From a candidate division WOR-3 bacterium (GTDB lineage: Bacteria > Hydrothermota > Tepidihabitantia > Tepidihabitantales > Tepidihabitantaceae), in NCBI GenBank assembly GCA_965648905.1, contig CBFGIT010000002.1:32001-96000 (forward strand): DNA of 64,000 bases, written 5' to 3'. Below the pieces are notes generated by a model. It was not told where the DNA came from, ran no database searches, and saw only the letters and a program-made list of their open reading frames with translations. Numbering within the stretch: position 1 is the first letter of the stretch; each line of letters starts with the position of its first letter. Position numbers and translations under genes: made by a program. Positions 1 through 8,423 of this stretch are shown here, in pieces.

Positions 1-413
1 TGCAGGGCGACATTCACGACATCGGCAAGAACATCGTGAAGGTGATGGCTCAGGCCGCGGGTTTTGAGGTCATCGACCTGGGGCGGAACGTCAATCTGCC
101 CGAGTTCGTGCGGGCAGTGGAGCGGGTGCTTGAGCGGGGAGGCGTGGGACATGATACGAATTGTCGGACAATTCGTTCATGTCCCGCACCGGTCCTGGGG
201 ATGTCATCGCTCATGACCACGACCATGCCGCGCATGGGCACGGTGATTGGAATGCTTGACAAGGCCGGGCTGCGCCGGCAGGTGAAGGTGATTGTCGGTG
301 GTGCGCCGACCACGGCCGAGTTTGCCCGTCGGATTGGTGCAGATTCCTGGGCAAGGGATGCACACTCCGCGGTCGAAGAAATTGCTCGGTTGGCGCACGG
401 CCCAGAAACATGA
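1..413 (+). CDS. Corrinoid (B12-binding) protein of a methyltransferase system, 5' end outside the window
   Basis: Frame from nt 3 reads QGDIHDIGKNIV (DxHxxG cobalamin motif), then GFEVIDLG, SSLMTTTM and VIVGGAP. Carries an in-frame palindromic insert at 146-185. Confidence 0.92.
   Translation, partial: QGDIHDIGKNIVKVMAQAAGFEVIDLGRNVNLPEFVRAVERVLERGGVGHDTNCRTIRSCPAPVLGMSSLMTTTMPRMGTVIGMLDKAGLRRQVKVIVGGAPTTAEFARRIGADSWARDAHSAVEEIARLAHGPET
146..185. repeat. Palindromic REP-like element, in frame in the corrinoid protein gene
   Basis: GGGACATGA-TACGAATTGTC-G-GACAATTCGT-TCATGTCCC, 40 nt, translated GHDTNCRTIRSCP. Confidence 0.9.
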
Positions 414-1399
414 GCGCGGAACGGATGAGGCGGTTCGAGGACTTGCTGAAAGGCCTGTGTCCCTCGCCGGTGGTGTTTCCGATGGTGGTGGCGAATCACG
501 CGGCGCGGCTTGAGGGCTTTGCCATCAGCGAGGCTGTCACCCAGGCTGACGTGCTCGCGCGGGTGCTGTACTCGGCGTACCGGTTCTACGGCTATGACAT
601 TGTGCTCGTTTTCACCGATACCGTGGTCGAGGCCGAGGCGATGGGCGCACAGGTTCTTGTTCCTGAGGACGATGACCCGTTCGTGCTGTCGCCGGCAAGA
701 GTGGCGAAGATTGAGCCGGCCGATCCGGAAAAGGACGGCCGGATGCCGGTCGTGCTCGAGGCGACGCGTCGGCTGGTCAAGCTGCTCGCCGGCGAAGCGC
801 CGGTGCTTACGTCGCTCAAAGGGCCATTTTCCCTGGCTGCCTTTCTGTGCGGGGTCGAGAACTTCCTCGCGGACCTTCTGGACAATCCCAGGCGGGCGCG
901 GCACTACCTTGATGTGGCGACCGAAAACCAGGTACGTTACGCCGAGGCCATCATCAAGGCGGGCGGGATTCCGTTCATCGGCGACCCGGTTGCCTCAGGC
1001 AGCATGATTAGCCCGGTGATGTTTCGTGAGTCTGCCCAGCCATACCTCGCCCGGCTTGTGCAGGTAATTCACGAGCAGGGCGTCAAGGTAGGACTGCACA
1101 TCTGCGGCGATACGCGGCAGTCATTACCGGACATGGCACGCACCGATGCCGATATCCTAAGCATCGACGAAATGGACTTGAGCGAAGCTCGCGCCAAGGT
1201 CGGGCCGGATGTGGTGCTGATGGGCAATGTCTCGACCCGAGTTCTGCTTGAGGGCACTCCGGACCAGGTCGCGCAGGAAACGCGCAAGTGCATCGAGACC
1301 GGCGGCGGCCGGCTGCTTATCTCTTCAAGCTGTGACGTGCCGACCGACGCACCCAAAGAGAACGTGCAGGCAATGGTGCAGGCCGCGCGAGGGACATGA
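410..1399 (+). CDS. Uroporphyrinogen decarboxylase/MtaA-CmuA family methyltransferase
   Basis: VEAEAMG, DPEKDGRMPVVLEA, GPFSLA, Zn-binding LHICG, LMGNV and C-terminal SSCDVP. ATGA overlap with the upstream gene. Confidence 0.9.
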   Translation: MSAERMRRFEDLLKGLCPSPVVFPMVVANHAARLEGFAISEAVTQADVLARVLYSAYRFYGYDIVLVFTDTVVEAEAMGAQVLVPEDDDPFVLSPARVAKIEPADPEKDGRMPVVLEATRRLVKLLAGEAPVLTSLKGPFSLAAFLCGVENFLADLLDNPRRARHYLDVATENQVRYAEAIIKAGGIPFIGDPVASGSMISPVMFRESAQPYLARLVQVIHEQGVKVGLHICGDTRQSLPDMARTDADILSIDEMDLSEARAKVGPDVVLMGNVSTRVLLEGTPDQVAQETRKCIETGGGRLLISSSCDVPTDAPKENVQAMVQAARGT

Positions 1400-1430
1400 C
1401 CGAAATGCAGGGCATTTCGGATGGTGTCCC
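1391..1430. repeat. Palindromic REP-like element supplying the stop codon of the methyltransferase gene
   Basis: GGGACATGA-CCGAAATGC-AGG-GCATTTCGG-ATGGTGTCCC, 40 nt. Confidence 0.9.
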
Positions 1431-1463
1431 GAGGTTTGGCGTCCCAAGCCCCATGAGGCAACG

Positions 1464-2723
1464 ATGATTGGCAGAGAGACGTTTGAGCGCGTGCGGCAGG
1501 AGCACCTGGCCGAGCTGACCGAGCTGCAGCGACAGGGCAGAAAGCTGGTGGGCTATTTCTGCATCTACGCGCCGGTCGAGGTAATACACGCCACAGGTGC
1601 GATTCCGGTCCGACTGATGAAAGGCGGACACGCGGCCGAGACCACGGGCGAGAAGTTCCTGCGCTCAGATGCTTGCTCATTCTGCTCAAGCTGTCTCGGC
1701 AATTTCGAACTCGACCCGCTGTACCGCCAGGTGGATGCGGTTGTGGCTGTGAACACCTGCGACATGATGCGACGGCTACCTGAGGCAATTGAGACGCACT
1801 TCAACAAGCCGGTGTACCAGCTCTACCTGCCGCGGACCTCTGAGCCGCTGCCGCACCGGGTGGCCGAGTTCGTCAGGCAGCTTGAAGAACTGGGTTCTGC
1901 TGTGGCGGCGCTGACCAGAGAAGGGGGACACGATCCGAAACTCGCGGACGAGTCTCGGTTATGTCCCCAAGTCCTAGCCGAGGCGGTTGCCTCCTACAAC
2001 CGGTTGCGCGGGCTGCTCAGGCAGGCTCACGAGACACGGCGCGCCGACAATCCGCTGCTTTCTGAGAGCGCGATGCTTGACCTTGCGGCCACGGCCTGGT
2101 TTCTTGGGCCTACCAAGGCCGAATCGTTCATCGACAGCATGCTGCGGATTGTCTGGGCCCGACCCCGGCATGAAGGTTCACGGCCAAGGCTGATGCTCGG
2201 GGGCAGCATGTTGACCGAGGACGACCGGTGGCTGCTTGAGATGATTGAGGAGCGGGCCGATGTCGTCACTGATATCCTCTGCACCGGTACGCGCTGGTTC
2301 GCGGAAGACGTTCCGGCCGCGGAGGGACATGACCGGAATTGCCAGGACAATCCCTTGTGCGGTTTTGGTCGGTTGCACTCCCATCTCTCCGCAACTCTGA
2401 CCGGGACTGACTCGCGGGGCAATTCCGGATCGTGTCCCGAGACACAGATGCATTCCCTGGCCGAGTTCTACTACTCCCGGATTCCCTGCATGCACCGCCG
2501 GCCCAATGATGCGCTGTACGAGTACGCGCGGCGACAGGCAAGAGAGTTCCGGGTCGCAGGAGTCGTCTACAAGACCCTACTCTACTGCGACCCGTACAAC
2601 TTCGAGGCGAAGCGGCTCAAGGCCGCTCTGGGCCTGCCCATGCTGCACCTGGACACCAGCTACGCGCAGGAGAACCGGGAACAGGTGCGGACCCGGGTCG
2701 AGGCGTTTCTGGAGATGCTGTGA
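1464..2723 (+). CDS. 2-hydroxyacyl-CoA dehydratase family (HgdAB/FldBC/BcrBC-like) Fe-S protein
   Basis: VGYFCIYAPVE, DACSFC, NTCDMMRR, DILCTG, YCDP and QVRTRVEAFLEML. ATG at 1464 follows GAGG. Two in-frame palindromic inserts. Confidence 0.88.
   Translation: MIGRETFERVRQEHLAELTELQRQGRKLVGYFCIYAPVEVIHATGAIPVRLMKGGHAAETTGEKFLRSDACSFCSSCLGNFELDPLYRQVDAVVAVNTCDMMRRLPEAIETHFNKPVYQLYLPRTSEPLPHRVAEFVRQLEELGSAVAALTREGGHDPKLADESRLCPQVLAEAVASYNRLRGLLRQAHETRRADNPLLSESAMLDLAATAWFLGPTKAESFIDSMLRIVWARPRHEGSRPRLMLGGSMLTEDDRWLLEMIEERADVVTDILCTGTRWFAEDVPAAEGHDRNCQDNPLCGFGRLHSHLSATLTGTDSRGNSGSCPETQMHSLAEFYYSRIPCMHRRPNDALYEYARRQAREFRVAGVVYKTLLYCDPYNFEAKRLKAALGLPMLHLDTSYAQENREQVRTRVEAFLEML
1924..1968. repeat. 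Palindromic REP-like element, in frame, reverse orientation
   Basis: GGGGACACGATCCGAAACTCG-CGGA-CGAGTCTCGGTTATGTCCCC, translated GHDPKLADESRLCP. Confidence 0.88.
2324..2438. repeat. Long (115 nt) REPIN/MITE-like element, in frame
   Basis: Ends GGGACATGACCGGAATTGCC and GGCAATTCCGGATCGTGTCCC flank about 75 nt of unique sequence; translated GHDRNCQD...RGNSGSCP. Confidence 0.9.
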
Positions 2724-4141
2724 GTCTGCCCGCGGACTGGGTGGACCCGGAGCCGAAACGTGTCACCTTTGACGAGTGGCTGGAGTTGTTCGAGCGTGTC
2801 CCGGATGAGCTGATTGAGCAGTACCACTACTATGGCAACCAGGACGCCTGGTCCAAGTACCTGTTTCCGCCCCAGACCTTTGCCATCTACGGCGCGCGCC
2901 ACCTGCGCCGCCTGAAGTTCGACAACTCGCTTGCTGCCCTGCGAATGTGGGGCTTTGTCCAGAACGAGACCGAGCGGCTGTTCCGCGCACGTCAGACCGG
3001 AAAGAAGGTCATCGCCACCATGGGCGACCTGGGCGCAGTGCCGGTCATCGTCAACTCATTTCCTAACTGCGTGGCCTTCTATCCTGACTGCATCTGGTGG
3101 ACACCTTTCGTCATGGAAAGCAAGGTGTTGTTCGACGCTGCAGCCGAGCTGGGCATTGGTGACGCGACCTGTTTCTCGCGTGCGGCCTTGGGCGCGTTTG
3201 CCAAGCACTCGTACTTTCCAGACCCGGACCTGGTCATTGCTTCGACCGGAGCCTCGTGCGACGACTATTCCGGTGTTGAGCAACTGGCCACCAGCATCGC
3301 TGCGGACGTGCTCTGGGTCGAGGAGCCGCTGAGAAAGGAATGCAGAATAGGGAATGCAGAATGCGGAAGGACGCAAAGCGGGATGGGGTATGAGCCGGAG
3401 CTACGCGAGCTGCTGGTTGAGGAGTATCGCCGGATAGTCTTGCGCATGGAGGAACTGACCGGCCACCAACTGACCACGGACGAGCTGAGGGCCGGCGTGC
3501 ACAGGGCGAACTTGGTGCGCAAGACTGTAAGGAGACTGCGCGAACTGGCATACCGCGACGGTGCACTTGCTGCGCTTGAGATGATGGTGGTCGAGTTCGG
3601 CAATCTCCATTACTACTCAGATATAGACGAGTGGACCGCAATTCTTGAACACCTGCTCGAAACAGCCGGGCAACGTCGCCGCGCTGGTCAACGGATCGTG
3701 GCCCAAGATGCCCTGCGCATCGTCTGGGTCACACCACCGGCTGACCCGTTGCTATTGACCTTTGTCGAAGACCGGGGCGCCCGCGTCGTCGGCACTGAGT
3801 ATGTCATCAACCAGGCGCTGGAGGTGATGGATGAGTCGCTCGATCCCCTGGAAGCAATTGCCGACTCCTTTCTGGCCGCATCGCTCATCGGCACATCGCG
3901 CGCCCGGGCCGAGGCAGCCGCAAGTCAGGCGCGAGAGAACCATGCCGAAGGGGTCATCATCTCTGGTATCCTTGGTGGCTCGCACTGCGCCATGGAAAGC
4001 CGGCTCATTTCTGACCACATCAAGACTGAGCTTGACCTGCCGGTGCTGGAGTTCGACGTCGCGCCACCGGCACGCGAAATCGACCGACAGGTGCAGACGC
4101 GAATCGAGGCGTCTCTGGAGCTGATACGGAGTCAACGGTGA
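2720..4141 (+). CDS. 2-hydroxyacyl-CoA dehydratase family Fe-S protein, second subunit
   Basis: ARQTGKKVI, TCFSRA, ASCDD, AEGVII, LPVLEFD and QVQTRIEA. GTGA overlap with the upstream gene. Confidence 0.8.
   Translation: MSLPADWVDPEPKRVTFDEWLELFERVPDELIEQYHYYGNQDAWSKYLFPPQTFAIYGARHLRRLKFDNSLAALRMWGFVQNETERLFRARQTGKKVIATMGDLGAVPVIVNSFPNCVAFYPDCIWWTPFVMESKVLFDAAAELGIGDATCFSRAALGAFAKHSYFPDPDLVIASTGASCDDYSGVEQLATSIAADVLWVEEPLRKECRIGNAECGRTQSGMGYEPELRELLVEEYRRIVLRMEELTGHQLTTDELRAGVHRANLVRKTVRRLRELAYRDGALAALEMMVVEFGNLHYYSDIDEWTAILEHLLETAGQRRRAGQRIVAQDALRIVWVTPPADPLLLTFVEDRGARVVGTEYVINQALEVMDESLDPLEAIADSFLAASLIGTSRARAEAAASQARENHAEGVIISGILGGSHCAMESRLISDHIKTELDLPVLEFDVAPPAREIDRQVQTRIEASLELIRSQR
3338..3368. 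repeat. Heptamer tandem repeat (GAATGCA-type), in frame
   Basis: GAATGCA GAATAGG GAATGCA GAATGCG GAA, translated ECRIGNAECG. Confidence 0.75.
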
Positions 4142-5193
4142 AGGACATCCTGACCCCGCGCGAGCGGTTCGGCCTTCTGGTTATCGACGAGCCGCAGGAC
4201 CGGGTCCCGGTCTTTCCCTTGGTCACCGCGCACGCGACCCGGGTTGCCGGTATCGGCCTGCGCGACTACTACACGGACGGGTTTGCCATGGCGCGCGCCC
4301 AGCTTGCCGCGCAGGAGTTCTACGGCATCGACTTCATCTCGTTCTTCTCTGAGGTCGGGCTCGTGGCCGAGGCCCTGGGCTCGAAGTTCGACTACCCGGA
4401 TGATGACCTGCCGATGCTGGCAGAGCCAAGGTGGCGCGAACTGGTTGACCCTGATGAGCTCGTAGTCAACCCGCGTGCTGACGGCCGGCTGCGCGTGTAT
4501 CTTGACGCGATTGCCTATGCCTATGAGGCACGGGGTGACACTGTGCCGATTCTTGCCTATGTGCCTGCTCCGTTCACGACCGCGCAGCAACTCGTGGACC
4601 AGGAGGCATTTCTGCTCGGACTTCTGACTGAGCCGGAGCGCGTTCATGCGCTACTGCGCCACGCCACTCGGTCGGTCAGGAGCCTTTGCCGCGGGGTGAT
4701 TGGTGCAGGCGGCCTGCCGATTCTTGTCGACCCGCTTGCCTCAGGCAGTGTCATCTCAGCCGAGCACTACCGCGCGTTCGCCCTGCCTTACGAAGCCGAG
4801 GTCATCCGCTACCTGCACCGTTACGACCTCGATGTGGTACTCCACATCTGCGGCGACACAAATCCCATCATCGAAATGATGCCAGAGTCAGGTGCAGATC
4901 TTCTGAGCATCGACCGCATCGAACTGCGCGACGCGGTCAGCAGCGCAGGCCAACGCTGCCGCATCATCGGCAACCTTGATACCTCGGCAATACTCCTCGG
5001 CTCCCCGGGTGAGATCGCCGACACGGTTGCCGAGATGATTGCGGCGGGTCAGAAGAACCCGACCGGGTTTGTCGCGGCAACCGGGTGCGAAGTGCCGCTC
5101 GACACACCACCGGAGAACGTCCATGCCTTTGTCCGTGCTGCCCGGGAAGCAGGACGCAATCCAGACTATGCTCAGGCACGGAGGGTAAGTTGA
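4138..5193 (+). CDS. Uroporphyrinogen decarboxylase/MtaA-CmuA family methyltransferase, second copy
   Basis: LTPRER, DRVPVFP, AEALG, DPLASGSVIS, LHICG, IIGNLD and TGCEVP. Confidence 0.9.
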   Translation: MKDILTPRERFGLLVIDEPQDRVPVFPLVTAHATRVAGIGLRDYYTDGFAMARAQLAAQEFYGIDFISFFSEVGLVAEALGSKFDYPDDDLPMLAEPRWRELVDPDELVVNPRADGRLRVYLDAIAYAYEARGDTVPILAYVPAPFTTAQQLVDQEAFLLGLLTEPERVHALLRHATRSVRSLCRGVIGAGGLPILVDPLASGSVISAEHYRAFALPYEAEVIRYLHRYDLDVVLHICGDTNPIIEMMPESGADLLSIDRIELRDAVSSAGQRCRIIGNLDTSAILLGSPGEIADTVAEMIAAGQKNPTGFVAATGCEVPLDTPPENVHAFVRAAREAGRNPDYAQARRVS

Positions 5194-5963
5194 TTACTGC
5201 CGGAATTGACGTTGGCTCAGTCAACACCAAGCTTGTCATCTTCGACCATGAACGGGCACAATTCGTCTGCGAGATGGTCGAGCCAACCGGACCGCGGCCG
5301 AGGGAAACCGCGCGTCGGGTCTTGAGTGAGTGTCGGGAGAAAAACCCGGGTCTTGAGACCAGGGTGCAGGGCATGGTTGCGACCGGTTATGCACGGCATG
5401 CGGTCGACGGCGTACATGACACAATTACCGAAATCAAAGCCGCGGCACTTGGCGTCAGGCACTGGTTCCGCGAGTGCCGAACCGTGGTCGACATCGGCGG
5501 ACAGGACTCAAAGGTGCTGGCCCTGGACGATGACGGGCGCGTGCAGGACTTCGTGATGAACGACCGGTGCGCTGCCGGGACCGGCAACTTCCTGTCGGTA
5601 TTGTCGCGCGCGCTAGCTGTGCCGCTTGAGGACTTTGGCCGGTTGAGCCTGGAGTCGCGGCGGCCAGTGCCGATTTCAAGCCTGTGCGTGGTGATGGCGG
5701 AATCGGAGATACTGTCACTGCTGGCCGCAGATACGCCGGTGCCAGATATCATCGCCGGTCTGCATCAAGCCCTGGCCCGACGCATCGCGAACATGGCTGC
5801 GCGACTCAAGATACAGCCCCAGGTAGTTTTCACTGGCGGCGTAGCCCAGAACCCGGGCATGAAGTTGGCCCTGGAGCAGGCGCTCGGTTTGCCGGTGACC
5901 GTACCCGAGAAGCCGCTGCTGGCCGCAGCCCTGGGCGCGGCACTGGCTAGCGGCAGTAAGTGA
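5190..5963 (+). CDS. ATP-dependent activator (HgdC/BadF-BadG/BcrA-D, ASKHA ATPase with Fe-S cluster)
   Basis: GIDVGSVNTK, ATGYAR, ITEI, DIGGQDSK, MNDRCAAGTG, ISSLCVV and TGGVA. TTG start at 5190 follows GGAGGG. Confidence 0.93.
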   Translation: MITAGIDVGSVNTKLVIFDHERAQFVCEMVEPTGPRPRETARRVLSECREKNPGLETRVQGMVATGYARHAVDGVHDTITEIKAAALGVRHWFRECRTVVDIGGQDSKVLALDDDGRVQDFVMNDRCAAGTGNFLSVLSRALAVPLEDFGRLSLESRRPVPISSLCVVMAESEILSLLAADTPVPDIIAGLHQALARRIANMAARLKIQPQVVFTGGVAQNPGMKLALEQALGLPVTVPEKPLLAAALGAALASGSK

Positions 5964-7377
5964 AACGCTGGGGCAAGAGGCCGCTTGCGCGTGGGAAGAC
6001 GATAAAGTAGCTGCCGGATTTCAAGTCCGTTAGAGCCCACTTGAGCTGACCAGGCTCAGCCGTAATGTCTGCCACCTGACGTCCGGTTGCGTCATACACG
6101 CAGACCCGACCGGCGCGAGCAGCCTCGGGCAGTCTCAGCAGCACCGTGTCGCGCGAGACGTTCTGGCGCGTGCCATACCCTCCAACCAGAGGACGCGTTT
6201 CGGTCCGGCGGTTGACCCGATCCCAGAAATCGAGATAGGCGTTGAGGACCATGCTGCAGGCGCGGTCTGTGACCTGCCGTGCCTGGTCCGCAGACGGGCC
6301 GGTCCTGCCCCATTCTGCCTCGGCGCTGTCCACCAGCAAGAACAGGACTGATTCGGTCAAGGCGAAACTATCGTACATGTCCTTCAACCGGTAGGTATTG
6401 ACAGCGGACGGGAACTCGTCGGACGAGTGAACGTACTCATGCAGTCTCAACGCCTCGTCACAAAGCAGGGCTGTTCCATCTCCGCTCAGCAGTCCGTGCA
6501 CCGGCCCGGCCTGAACCCAGAGCGGAACCGGCAGACTGACCTCAGCCGGCCCGAGCATCACCCACATCATGCCCGTGGAAGGAAGGTCGCCGGGTCGGGG
6601 CCCAACCATGATCTCCACTGAACGGGTCGTGACCCGACAAAGCGAACTCTCGGTTGGCAGGAATCCCCGTGGCAGTCCGCCCAGTATACTGTCGAAAGGG
6701 AGCGGATAAGGGTTGAAGTTGAATGCACCGAGGTCGCGGGCAAGAACTTGGACAACGAACCGCGTGTTAATCCGACGTTCGCGGGCAGCCGGCAACGCAA
6801 GTTCCATTGCCCGCAGGTAGCGGGCCCGACCGGTCTGTCGGCTCGGGTTGCCCGACATTGAGTAGTTGGCGCGGATGAGAAAATCGAAGCTGTCCTCGGT
6901 CGTGTTGTGACGGACGTAGAAGAGATTGCTTGCCTCAAAGATTGCCGCTGCGCCGGTGGCGTCGAACACACCATAGTTAGCCGGGGTCTGGCGGCCAACG
7001 ACGTTGAGCGAATCGAGCAGTTGGGCGAAGTCATCAAGCGTGGCACAAGTTGCCAGTGCGAGGTTCATCACCGTGCCGTCATCATCATCGATGTTGAAGG
7101 AGTTTGAGTTCATGATGGCGAACCCGGTTTCATTGATTCCAGCCCAGGCGTTGAGCGTGTCGCCGGCATAGACATTGGTGACGTACCGGAACCGGCTGCC
7201 GACCAGAAAGCGCATTGCCTGATTCGGATTCGTCACGTCGCGATTCTTCCAGAGAATCGGCCGACCATCAGACGTCGAGCCCGGACCGAAAGCACCGATG
7301 GTGCAGGCGGCGGAGAGCGAGGGCAGAAGGCAGAATGCAGAAGTCAGAAGGCAGAATACCGACCGGCAAGACATCAC
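5947..7377 (-). CDS. Secreted Ntn-hydrolase (peptidase C45/acyltransferase-like) with C-terminal sorting-like domain
   Basis: Signal peptide then AA-CT (N-terminal nucleophile Cys), DGRPILWKNRD, AGINETG. Tail YDATGRQV...LKSGSYF. Confidence 0.75.
   Translation of the reverse strand: MMSCRSVFCLLTSAFCLLPSLSAACTIGAFGPGSTSDGRPILWKNRDVTNPNQAMRFLVGSRFRYVTNVYAGDTLNAWAGINETGFAIMNSNSFNIDDDDGTVMNLALATCATLDDFAQLLDSLNVVGRQTPANYGVFDATGAAAIFEASNLFYVRHNTTEDSFDFLIRANYSMSGNPSRQTGRARYLRAMELALPAARERRINTRFVVQVLARDLGAFNFNPYPLPFDSILGGLPRGFLPTESSLCRVTTRSVEIMVGPRPGDLPSTGMMWVMLGPAEVSLPVPLWVQAGPVHGLLSGDGTALLCDEALRLHEYVHSSDEFPSAVNTYRLKDMYDSFALTESVLFLLVDSAEAEWGRTGPSADQARQVTDRACSMVLNAYLDFWDRVNRRTETRPLVGGYGTRQNVSRDTVLLRLPEAARAGRVCVYDATGRQVADITAEPGQLKWALTDLKSGSYFIVFPRASGLLPQRFTYCR
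7323..7357. repeat. Heptamer tandem repeat (GCAGAAG/T x5) encoding part of a signal peptide
   Basis: GCAGAAG GCAGAAT GCAGAAG TCAGAAG GCAGAAT; the minus strand reads FCLLTSAFCLL. Confidence 0.85.
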
Positions 7378-8423
7378 TGTGTTTTTCTCACTTCGGCGAC
7401 AAGCGCACGGACGAGTTCTTTTTCGGGGCAGGTGCGAACAACTTTGCCTCTGGCGAAGACGAGACCCTTGCCCGCGCCGCAGGCGATACCGTAGTCCGCC
7501 TCGCGCGCCTCGCCCGGACCATTGACCGCGCAGCCCATGACTGCGACTCTTACTGGCCGGTCAACACCGGCAAGCGCACGCTTGACCGCCTTGGTCAGTC
7601 TTATGACGTGCGCCCGTGTCCGGCCGCAGGTCGGACAGGAGTAGACCACCGGGCCGCGCTGTCGCAGACCGAGCGCGGCGAGCAGTTCCCAGGCGGCGGT
7701 GACCTCATGCACAGGGTTGCCGGTGAGCGAGATTCGAATGGTGTCGCCGATTCCCTCACTGAGCAGGACCGCCAGCGCCGCAGTTGAACGGATCGCACCC
7801 TCAAACGGCAACCCGGCTTCTGTGAGGCCGAGATGCAGCGGGTAACGGAAGCGGCGGGCCATCTGCCGATAGACGGCAACTGTATCTGGAACACTCGTGG
7901 TCTTGGCTGAGAGCACGATGTTCTCAAACCCGAGCTGTCCAAACGGTCCGAGGCTCAGTTCGAGGCTCTCCATCATCGCGGCAACAGTCGGGTGCTGATG
8001 TTTCCTGAGCACGGCCTTCTCGATTGAACCGGCGTTGACCCCGACGCGAATGGCAACGTTGCGGTCCTGAGCCGCTCGGATGACTTCCTTCACTCTGGCG
8101 GTTGAGCCAATGTTGCCGGGGTTGATTCTTACCTTGTCGAACCCGGCCTTGATGGCAGCAAGAGCCAGCCGGTAGTCAAAGTGGATATCAGCAACGAGCG
8201 GCAGGGTGACGCGAGCCCGGATTTCCGGCAGAGCGGCGGCCGCGGCCTGGTCCGGCACCGCAACGCGCACCAGTTCGCAACCCGCGCGTCCCAAGGTTCG
8301 AATCTGACGCACAGTCGCCCGGACGTCGTCGGTCCGGGTCTTGGTCATGGACTGGACCACGACCGGTGCGCCTCCGCCGATGCGCAGAGCGCCAACTCTT
8401 ACTGGTCGGGTCATCACTGTCAC
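7374..8423 (-). CDS. ispG: 4-hydroxy-3-methylbut-2-en-1-yl diphosphate synthase
   Basis: VVQSMT, ADIHFDY, RINPGNIG, HLGLTEAG, SCPTCGR and MGCAVNGPGEA. Confidence 0.97.
   Translation of the reverse strand: MTVMTRPVRVGALRIGGGAPVVVQSMTKTRTDDVRATVRQIRTLGRAGCELVRVAVPDQAAAAALPEIRARVTLPLVADIHFDYRLALAAIKAGFDKVRINPGNIGSTARVKEVIRAAQDRNVAIRVGVNAGSIEKAVLRKHQHPTVAAMMESLELSLGPFGQLGFENIVLSAKTTSVPDTVAVYRQMARRFRYPLHLGLTEAGLPFEGAIRSTAALAVLLSEGIGDTIRISLTGNPVHEVTAAWELLAALGLRQRGPVVYSCPTCGRTRAHVIRLTKAVKRALAGVDRPVRVAVMGCAVNGPGEAREADYGIACGAGKGLVFARGKVVRTCPEKELVRALVAEVRKTQ

Noticed and set aside
146..2438. CRISPR array or integron attC cassettes
   Set aside because: Copies are irregularly spaced, vary internally and lie inside ORFs; no cas or integrase gene is present.
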